Shown here: in pieces, positions 54,833 through 64,000 of the stretch
Layout of the letters: each line of letters begins with the position of its first letter
Position numbering within the stretch: position 1 is the first letter of the stretch
Program-made: the position numbers and the translations under genes
Notes under the pieces: generated by a model
Told to the model about the DNA's origin: nothing
What the model saw: the letters and a program-made list of their open reading frames with translations, nothing else
The model's database searches: none
DNA from: Octopus vulgaris
Taxonomy: Eukaryota
Direction: 5' to 3'
Assembly (NCBI GenBank): GCA_951406725.2
Contig: OX597840.1
Span: 1,550,001 to 1,614,000 of the forward strand
Length of the DNA stretch: 64,000 bases

Positions 54833-55038
54833 AGCGAGCTGATAGAATAATTAATACGCCGGGCGAAATGCTTGTCGGTATTTCACACGTCGCTACATTC
54901 TGAGTTCAATTTCTGCCGAGATTGACTTCGCCTCTCATCCTTTCGGGCCGAGAAATAAAGCACCAGTGAACATAGGGATTGATGTAATCAACTTGTCCAG
55001 TCCCCTAAAATTTCAGACCTTGTACCTGTATTGGAAAG
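54833..55038 (+). mobile_element. SINE family B-related monomer, diverged
   Basis: GCGAGCTGATAGAA...ACGCCGGGCGAAATGC...GAGTTCAATTTCTGCCGAG. Confidence 0.75.
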
Positions 55039-55054
55039 TATTATTATTATTATT

Positions 55055-56940
55055 GTTTTTTCTTTATTTTTAATGCACTATTGTGTCATTTGTTCACTAC
55101 CAGTGAACCAAGGTAACACCCTTTATTTTTTTATTACTATCCGGAGTATTCGTGTGGTTTCAAGCAGTACTGTTTTATGCAAGTGCTCCACCCTTATTGC
55201 AGCCCCTATTTGTTCCATGAACCTCTCAAGAATTTTACTCAAAGTTCCCAGGGCTCTGACAATTAATGTTACTGCTTAATCTCCCAAGACAACTTGTCAT
55301 ATCTATCGCCATTTCCTTCTTCTTTGTCAGCTGGGCGTGTTATATCTATGATCCAGCATAGTTTGCTTTCTTTCTCAATTAACACTTGACCTGGCTTCCT
55401 ATTCTCTATCTAATGGTCGCACTGAATCATGAAATCCCACAGGATCTTTGCATTTCTATTTTCGATTATGCCTTCGGGTTTATATTCCTACCACTTTATT
55501 GCACTATCAAGTCCATAATTGTCGCAAAGCATCCAACAGACAATCATGGCTATATTGTCATGACGTCTCTTATATTTGTTCTGGAATAATGGCGTACATT
55601 GACTGGTAATAAGCCACAAATTCTGCATTTATCACTTTCTGATGTCGTTTGAATTCTGTATTTAATGTAATTGGTTCTTAATGCTTGCTCTCGGGCAGCT
55701 TAGATTAGAGCCTCCGTTTACGGTTTAAAATCACTTTTTATCATCAGTCGACATCTTTTTTCTCTGTCTGACTTATCTTCAACATCCCTATGAAATTGTC
55801 CATGCATTCTTTTCTTTATCCACCTATTTTAAATTTCGTTCATTCTCAAGTTCTTTACAGTGCTTTATTTTTGCAATCTTCCATCCTACAAAAGCCTGAC
55901 CTTCTTCCTTCCAATAATGGTGGTTCTGTGGCATTTTTGATTTCTTCTGATCTAATGCTGGGTTCGCATCCAATCATTGCTCTTCCCCAAATTTTTCGTG
56001 GTACATACTGTCTGTCTCTGTCACGTTTTGGGTGGAGTATTCCATACATAGTCAGCAATTTTAATATCTTTCTGTCTACGCTATTTAATTTTGTCTACTG
56101 TCCATGTGTTTACCCCTGCTTCATATCTAAGTAGTGAAACTACCCAGGTGTTGATAGCTTCAATCTTATTCCGTCCGTTTAATTTCGACTTAAGGATCAG
56201 TCTCAGTTTGCGCAAATACTCCACCTTAAATTTTTCTGCCATTTGTTCCTCCATCAATTTATCCATTTCCAATATCCCCAAATATTTATAGCCCCTCTCT
56301 TCTTTCTGCTTCATATCCTCCCGTCCATACATTTGATTTTGCCTCTCTTCAAGACTAAGACATCAAACATTTTCAGTCCGAACTATATTCTGATATCAGT
56401 ATTGAAAGTATACACCGTATTAACGAGCTAAATTCAAATTCATCTTTACCATAAAGTTTGAGGTCATCCATGAATAAGAAGTGGTTGAATTCTTGGTGGC
56501 GGCTTTTGAACACATACCCAGCTTTTACTTTCCCCAGAATCAGTGTTAGTCGTATCATGCACAGTACAAAGATCAGCGGGAACAGGCAGTCACCTTGGAA
56601 GATGCCTCTCCTGATTTCTATTGTTCCTAAACTTCTTCCACATGTTATCGGTTCCGTCCTCCACTTTGTCATATTTTTTTTCCAAACAATCGCTCAACAT
56701 TCGATGCTATAGCAATTAGGTTCATACACTCCATAATCCAAGGATGTAGGATGATATCGTATGCTGTACGATAATCGATCAATGACATGGCCAAGTTAGC
56801 TTTCCTCCTCTGGCAGTCTCTATATACAGTTTTTTGTCAACCAGGAGTTTATCCTTAGTAACTCAGCACTTACGCTTGCAGCCCTTTCAGCTCATGTGGT
56901 AGGACTCCATTTTTTTCCACATGCCCGTACATTTAACTCG
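55055..56940 (-). pseudogene. R4/Dong-like non-LTR retrotransposon remnant (RT plus restriction-like endonuclease)
   Basis: IRRGIFQGDCLFPLIF, NHFLFMDDLKLY, YKYLGILE, KSKLNGRNKIEAINTW, LIEKESKLCWIIDITRP, LHKTVLLETTRILR; many frameshifts; 3' end runs into (AAT)n. Confidence 0.85.
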
Positions 56941-57430
56941 TGTTTTGAGCTGCCATGAAAACACAAAGAGACAGAAATCCGTTCTTGAAACACCAAGCCC
57001 TGTCCTAAAATTCCTTAGTGGTTCGAGAGACGGAAGAAACATTTGCTGATCTCACGCTTTGATTATCGCTTGCCAATATGTAAAAGGTTAACTTGAACGA
57101 AGTGGAATTTGAACGTTGATCGTCGATATCAGGAATACATTTTTTTTATCGGAAATCACTTTATTCGACGATCTATCGCTACCGTGAGATGACTGCGGTA
57201 TTTGTCAATCAATCTTTGTGTATGAATGTATGTATGTATGTATGTATGTATGTATGTATGTATGTCTGTATGTATGAATGTATGTATGTATATGAGTTCT
57301 ATGTATTTGCCGTTTTGTCTGTCTATCGTTGTCGTCTATACGTACGTACATATAAGTATATATATGTATATATGTATGCTTATATATATATATACGTATA
57401 TGTATATATATGTGTGGGTGTCTTCATATG

Positions 57431-57475
<45 letters not shown>

Positions 57476-58324
57476 TTGCACATAGTTAATATAACTTATA
57501 GCAAAAATATTTAAAGCAATTTAACTATGAACAACGAAAGACGAATTCACAAAATAAACTGAAAAAAAAATTGAAACAAAAAATAGAAACTAAAAAAAAA
57601 TATACAACACAAAATCGAACAAAAATCTAGAAATATAATTGTCTCGTGATAATAAATTTATCAATCGATAATATATTCAAAACGAGAATTGTATTTACAC
57701 AAAATAAAAAATAAATCAAATTCAAATTGATCGATGACATTTTTAGACGTAGCACTGTTCCCTCTCCGCCAAAAGAATTTCAAAGCATCCTTAGTGATAT
57801 TTCGACACTTGACCTTTGTTTGAAGAATTGTCAGCCGGATTTTCTCTTTGTAAATACAATAACAGACAGAGGCACACGAACTTACCCTCGCAAACATAGC
57901 AGCGTCACCTTCTTTTTCTCTTTTTTCTTTTTCTCTCTCTGTCTCTCCCTCTGTCTCTCCCTCTGTCTCTCTGTCTCTCTCTCTCTGTCCCCTTTCTCTC
58001 TCTCTCCAGCTCTGTTGCGTGTTCGCTCTCAATGCTTCTGTCACTCCGTCTCTGTATCTCTTTCTCTTTGTATCTGTCACCTTTATACATACCCTTACTC
58101 GCACTCCCGTATACATAATAATATATAACCACTACCAGAAGCGCTTACAGACACATACACATTTGTGTGAGCCTGTGTGCATATATATGTATGTATGTAA
58201 GTATGTATGTATGTATGTATGTATGTATATATATATATATGTATCTGCGTTCCTCTCCCTCTCTTTCTCCCTCTTTCTCTCTCTCTCTCTCGCTCTCTTT
58301 CTCTATCGCTCTCTGTATATATCA

Positions 58325-58357
<33 letters not shown>

Positions 58358-58490
58358 AGTGTATCTGTGTGTATGCATGTATAAATATAGATATAGTCGT
58401 ATAGAAACACTTATATATGCATATATATATATATATATGTACATATATAAAAGCATTCATGTATCTGCGTATTTCAACGCTTTTATACTT

Positions 58491-58552
<62 letters not shown>

Positions 58553-59048
58553 ATATATATATATATATATATAAACATATATATTTCGCTCTTACCACTG
58601 TAGCAGGCGGGGGCGGAGACGTGGCAGTTCCAATAATCTTTTCATGTTCTGTATTTGCTGTGAGATTGACGTAGGTGAGTAGCCGCGATTCATTTACGAC
58701 GGTGATGCTTATTGTAGGAAACCGATGGCCCTGGAGACAGTGCCAGAAGGTAGATTTTCAGGTGAGAAACATTTCTGGTGGGTGTTTAATGTGGTTCTAA
58801 GATAACCTGGGTAGTAAAAACACCTCTATGGTAATGTTAGTTCGACATATGTGTAGGCGTATTCAGTTGGATGGTTCTTCAAGCAGAACGCTTTTATTAA
58901 TGTTAAAAAAACAATTCCAGATATACAAAAAATGGCTACACAAGTTAGACATTTACAGAAAGTTAGGAATTATATCCGTGTAAATCGTTCAAATTCCATC
59001 CTGGAACTGGATAAACAGTCCTGTTCATTCCAGTATAGGTGACTAGTA

Positions 59049-59281
59049 GGCGAGCTGGCAGAAACCTTAGCACGCCGGGCGAAATGCGTAGCCGTATTTC
59101 GTTTGCCGTTACGTTCTGAGTTCAAATTCCGCCGAGGTCGACTTTGCCTTTCATCCTTTCGGGGTCGATAAATTAAGTACCAGTTACGCACTGGAGTTGA
59201 TGTAATCGACTTAATCCCTTTGTGTGTCCTTGTTTGTCACCTCTGTGTTTAGCCCCTTGTGAGTAGTAAAGAAATAGGTAT
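59049..59281 (+). mobile_element. SINE family B monomer
   Basis: TSD GTGACTAGTA at 59039-59048 and 59282-59291. Confidence 0.9.
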
Positions 59282-59394
59282 GTGACTAGTAAGTACTTCC
59301 AGTTTTATGTTTAAATCGTCAAATCTGTTTAGAAACTGCGACACCTTAAAATATTTCTTGTATCTGAAGACGGTCATGATGTCAATAATAAACA

Positions 59395-60379
59395 CAGACT
59401 GGCTTCTTGTTCTATTTATGAAGTGTCCTGTCCATTATGCCCCAGAGGTGTTGAATAGGTTTCACATCTGGTGACTGGCTTGGCCATAAAAGTTTTTTAA
59501 TGCCATTCTCATCCAACAAATCTTGGGTCATTTTAGCTATGTGACAATGAACCCCATCTTCCATAAATAAAGAACTTTCTTTAATCATTGCACCACTGGA
59601 GAAGATTGGAAGGAGTCCTTTCTGCAATATAGACATATATTTATCTGAGTTTGTCTCCCTTACATTCCACCAGCTCTGATTGACCATTGCACCAAATTGC
59701 TCCTCAGTTCATCACAGAATTGCTGCCATGTTTCAATGTTGGCTGGAATCATTTCACGTCAAATTCTTGATCACAGATTCTCCCCAACCCATGTTCGGCG
59801 ACTGTCAGAAAATACAGCAAAACTGGACTCATTGGAGGATTTGACAGTGTCCCAAAATTCTGTTGGCCTCTCTACCATCTCACTAGCCCAATATTTCTCC
59901 GCTTGTAATTGGCTGGTCACGGAGGTGGCTTCCTTCTTCCTGCTCTGTCACAGTAAACAAGTTTGTAGAGATACCGGGTAGCTGTTTTGGAACTGACATC
60001 GACGTGTTCTGCTATGTCAGAGGCCTTGCAGCGAGGATTATCCTCTACACTTCTCTTAACAAAGAGAAAGGCCCTGTCAGAAATGTCCTGACATGGACTC
60101 CTTTCCCTCTTTGGTGAATTGTACAATCACTTTATTAATTGTAGAATGTGGGATTCTGCGATTTTACGCTATGTCCAACTTCGGATTGACCCGCAATACG
60201 GCCTCTTTGAAATTCAGACAGTTCCAAGGCTTCTTTTGTATATGGCATGACTAAATAGTCATATATAGCACCTGAAACATAAAAATGTCAAATTATAAAA
60301 AGATATAAAATTTTGGAAGTTAGAATTAAACATAAAACGATGTTTTATGGGGTGTCTATTTACTTCTGTCATGTCCCTG
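59395..60379 (-). mobile_element. Decayed Tc1-like transposon
   Basis: MPYTKEALELSEFQRGRI (from 60248), FWDTVKSSNESSF, FMEDGVHCH...WPSQSPDVKPIQHLW; TIR-like end at ~60350-60379. Confidence 0.85.
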
Positions 60380-60417
60380 TCTGTGTAAGTCTTTATGTAT
60401 GTATGCATGCATGTATG

Positions 60418-60486
<69 letters not shown>

Positions 60487-60488
<2 letters not shown>

Positions 60489-60697
60489 TCTTTTACGCTT
60501 TTACTTGTTTCAGTCATATGACTGCGAGTATGCTTGGGCACCGTCTTTAGTCGAAGGAGTCGACCCCGAGACTTATTCCTTGTAAGCCTAGTACTTATTA
60601 TATCGATCTCTTTTTACCGAACCGCTAAGTTACGGGGACGTAAACACACCAGCATCGGTTGTCAGGTGATGGTGAGGGGACAAACACAGACACACAA

Positions 60698-60731
<34 letters not shown>

Positions 60732-60901
60732 ACATATGCGACTGGCTTTTTTCATTTTCCGTCCATCAAATCCACTCACAAGGTTTTGGTCGGCCCGGGT
60801 CTATAGTAGAAGACACTTGCCCAAGGTGCCACGCAGTGGGACTGAACTGGAACCATGTTGTTTATAAGCAAGCTACTTACCACAGAACTACTCCTGCGCC
60901 T
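60487..60901 (-). mobile_element. SINE family A
   Basis: Homology to other copies. Confidence 0.85.
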
Positions 60902-61410
60902 AGTGATTTTTAATTTAGGTATCCCCATCCAATACTTCCAAAAGGAAATATTCAATTCCATATGGTACGGTCTACATGTGGACTTGATCTGTAATGCGCC
61001 ATACAACGAAAACAAGTAAGAGAACTAAAATTATTCAAAATTATCCGTGACAGATGATACCATAAAAAACGCAGAACAAATCGCAGTCGATAAGCGACGG
61101 AGCATTTTTTACAGTATGTAAACAGACTCAGACATATTCCATTTGTAGTAACTCAAAACCTAAGCAAAAAATATCTTGCATTTGGTCAAATGTAACTTAT
61201 TATTGTACAGGAGACGGTAAATTCATGGAAAATAATAACACTGTCCTTTTTTGCCACTTAAATGTGGCTAACCCCTAAGGGTGGATGCTACTGTAGCTTG
61301 TAGCCCCAGGAGGAGACCTCCTTCAGCTGGCTATTAACACACTTTCTGTTCCCTATCAGTATTTGCTATTTGCAAATGTAAGCCATCCTTCTCATCTTCA
61401 ACCTATGATA

Positions 61411-61454
61411 CACACGGACTCGAGTTTCTGGGTAATGACCGTCACCAGCGTATG
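61411..61454 (-). ncRNA. Type I hammerhead, core mutated (CUGGUGA)
   Basis: Minus: CATACG-CTGGTGA-CGGT CATT ACCCA-GAAA-CTCGAG-TC-CGTGTG. Confidence 0.65.
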
Positions 61455-61763
61455 ACAATCATGGCTGTCAATAAAAAGTAGGCTTTCCTCTGCAAATATA
61501 CATCCTTTTTCCAGTGACGTAAAGTCACTGATATCAAAAAAGTGTAAACAAGCAAGAATAAACCTCTGAGCGAGGTATAAACAGTAGCTGCAACACATCG
61601 TGAAGTATATTTGCCATTTAAATATGGCAAATCCCTAAGGGTGGATGCTACTGTAGCTTGTAGCCCCAGGAGGACACCTCCTCCAGATGGCTATAGACAC
61701 ACTTTCTGTGCCCTATCAGTATTTGCAAAGGGAAGCCATCCTTCCCGTCTTCAACCTGTGATA

Positions 61764-61808
61764 CACACGGACTCGAGTTTCTGAGTATTGACCCGTCATC
61801 AGCGTGTG
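61764..61808 (-). ncRNA. Type I hammerhead ribozyme (family 2), intact core
   Basis: Minus: CACACG-CTGATGA-CGGGT CAAT ACTCA-GAAA-CTCGAG-TC-CGTGTG; 6-bp helix I, palindromic helix III, GUC site. Confidence 0.85.
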
Positions 61809-62247
61809 ACAATCACAAGTTGTCGATGAAAAATAGGTTCCCTTTGCAAATATATATCTTTTTTCCCGTGACGAAAATTCACTAATATCGAAAAAGTGTA
61901 AACAAGTAATAATAAATAGCCAGCTGGGAGAGATGTCCTCCTGGAGCTACAAGCTACAGTAGCTTCCGCCCTTAGGGGTTAGCCACATTTAAGTGGCAAA
62001 TATACTTCACGATGTGTTGCAGCTACTGTTTATATCTCGTTCAGAGATTTATTATTGCTTAATAATACTGTCACAAAGTAAAAAGTGCCGATCGCAATCT
62101 TTTAATCTTAAAGATTTTTATTAAGAGTGTAATTCACACAGGATGTAGACATGATGCTGGTAGCAAAATTTGAAGAAATTGAGTGCAATGCAAGACATCA
62201 ACGTTGACTGAAGAGAGTAAAATTAAAATATACAAAATAATATAATT

Positions 62248-62659
62248 CTAATGCAAACAAGAATTGCAAAAGAGATTATATATATTTACTGCAGTATATG
62301 ACAAGAACCTTAAAAAAGTTATATCGGCCACACAGGAGAGAATCAAATGAAGCGACTCAGGTTGCATAAACAACACATACCTGATTGGCTGGTCACGGAG
62401 GTGGCTTCCTTCTTCCTGCTCTGTCACAGTAAACAAGTTTGTAGAGATACCGGGTAGCTGTTTTAGAACTGACATCGACGTGTTCTGCTATGTCAGAGGC
62501 CTTGCAGCGAGGATTATCCTCTAATGCAAATAAGAATTGCAAAAGAAATTATATATATTTACTGCAATATATGACAAGAACCTTAAAAAAATTATATCGG
62601 CCACACAGGAGAGAATCAAATGAAGCGACTCAGGTTGCATAAACAACAAATACCTGATT
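62248..62659. repeat. 139-bp direct duplication bracketing a 140-bp copy of 59908-60047
   Basis: 62248-62386 resembles 62521-62659; 62384-62523 matches 59908-60047 with one mismatch seen. Confidence 0.92.
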
Positions 62660-63200
62660 ATTACATATCTTACGCAGACATCACCTTCTGCTTCCAGAAC
62701 AAATTGGCTATCAGGACCTAAACACACAACTGTGCCACTGATGTTATTTATAAATCCAAAACTTAACTTCACACATCAATGAATAAATAAGAACAAAATT
62801 ATAATTTTCAAACCAGCCAAACGGAACGTTTTTTAGCATAGACGAAACACATTTATGGTTTTAGAATTTCACAATATCAAAACACAATCGAAGATGTGAC
62901 AAAGCATACATTTCACACAACAATCATAGAAGCATCAAAAAAACATATCCCACAAGACACCATAAATAAAACAATATCAATTGCGCATCTGAAATAAGCT
63001 GTCTGATAAATAGAAGAAATTACCTCAGGCAAAGTACACTAGTATCACACGAAGTAGAACTAAACAACTCACAGCGTTGAACAGATAACAAAGAAAAGGC
63101 TGCGAAAATACGCTATAGAAAACTACAAAAAAACTGGCAATATTTTTGTTCAGTATAAACCACAAAAATATGACAGAAATAATATATGGAATAACTAACG
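62521..63200 (+). pseudogene. Decayed LINE ORF2 (end of APE domain and linker; I/Jockey-like)
   Basis: ADITFC, FHTTIIEASKKHIPQD, SEISCLINRRNYLRQ and NWQYF fragments. Confidence 0.5.
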
Positions 63201-63368
63201 GCATAAAGCAAGAGTGTGTTTGCTTGATAAGCACATGTTTTATAGTTCAATCCTTGCTCTCCACGATTTGATTAAATTTAGTTACCTTTATTATGATCTT
63301 TAGATACTGAATAAGTCAATGAGGAGGGAAATTTTAAAGTGCAAAGCATTAGAAACACGCCACATACA

Positions 63369-63418
<50 letters not shown>

Positions 63419-63433
63419 CATTTATATAGGTGA

Positions 63434-63665
63434 AGGCGGTAAGCTGGCAGAAACGTTAGCACGCCGGGCGAAACGCTTAGCTGTATTTAGTCTGCCGTTA
63501 CGTTCTGAGTTCAAATTCCGCCGAGGTCGACTTTGCCTTTCATCCTTTCGGGGTCGATAAATAAAGTACCAGTTACGCACTGGAGTCGACGTAATCGACT
63601 TAATCCGTTTGTCTGTCCTTGTTTGTCCCCTCTATGTTTAGCCCCTTGTGGGCAGTAAAGAAATA
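63434..63665 (+). mobile_element. SINE family B monomer
   Basis: Near-consensus copy. Confidence 0.9.
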
Positions 63666-63693
63666 TATACATATAGAGATTTATATATATATA

Positions 63694-64000
63694 AAGGAGT
63701 GGCTGTGTGGTAAGTAGCTTGCTAACCAACCACACGGTTGCGGGTTCAGTCCCACTGCGTGGCATCTTGGGCAAGTGTCTTCTGCTATAGCCCCGGGCCG
63801 ACCAATGCCTTGTGAGTGGATTTGGTAGACGGAAACTGAAAGAAGCCTGTCGTATATATGTATATATATATATGTAAGTGTGTGTGTGTATATGTTTGTG
63901 TGTCTGTGTTTGTCCCCCTAGCATTGCTTGACAACCGATGCTGGTGTGTTTAGGTCCCCGTCACTTAGCGGTTCGGCAAAAAGAGACCGATAGAATAAGT
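63694..64000 (+). mobile_element. SINE family A, cut by window end
   Basis: Head and body present. Confidence 0.9.

Larger units (their letters stand above)
61251..62060 (-). mobile_element. HHR family 2: two tandem ~355-bp units plus an inverted partial unit (61917-62060)
   Basis: CCCTAAGGGTGGATGCTACTGTAGCTTGTAGCCCCAGGAGGA at 61273 and 61633; reverse complement at ~61938-61979. Confidence 0.9.

Noticed and set aside
54300-54842. 180-aa poly-Ile ORF
   Set aside because: (ATT)n microsatellite

Overview
AT-rich, microsatellite-saturated eukaryotic DNA, probably intronic or intergenic. I see no confident host protein-coding exon, and nearly all listed ORFs are translations of (TA)n, (TG)n, (TATG)n, (GATA)n, (AAT)n or (GA)n tracts. 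The SINE and microsatellite landscape suggests an octopus or other cephalopod genome (inference). The window holds many tRNA-derived SINEs of about four families, several with target-site duplications (TSDs). It also holds decayed Tc1/mariner elements and MITEs, two Helitron-like pieces, R4/Dong-like LINE remnants beside (TAA)n, and a young 5'-truncated Tx1/L1-clade LINE inserted in a (TATC)n tract. Penelope-like (PLE) GIY-YIG endonuclease remnants are also present. The main signal is at least six unrelated families of short non-coding elements carrying type I hammerhead ribozyme (HHR) cores with palindromic helix III. They mostly sit in (TA)n tracts and are repeatedly arranged head-to-head as inverted pairs. 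Examples are a 775-bp palindrome with one HHR per strand (26227-27001) and a retrozyme-like ~355-bp tandem plus inverted copy (61251-62060). Fold-back palindromes centred on (TA)n and local templated insertions also occur. All structures were folded by eye, and element boundaries are approximate.
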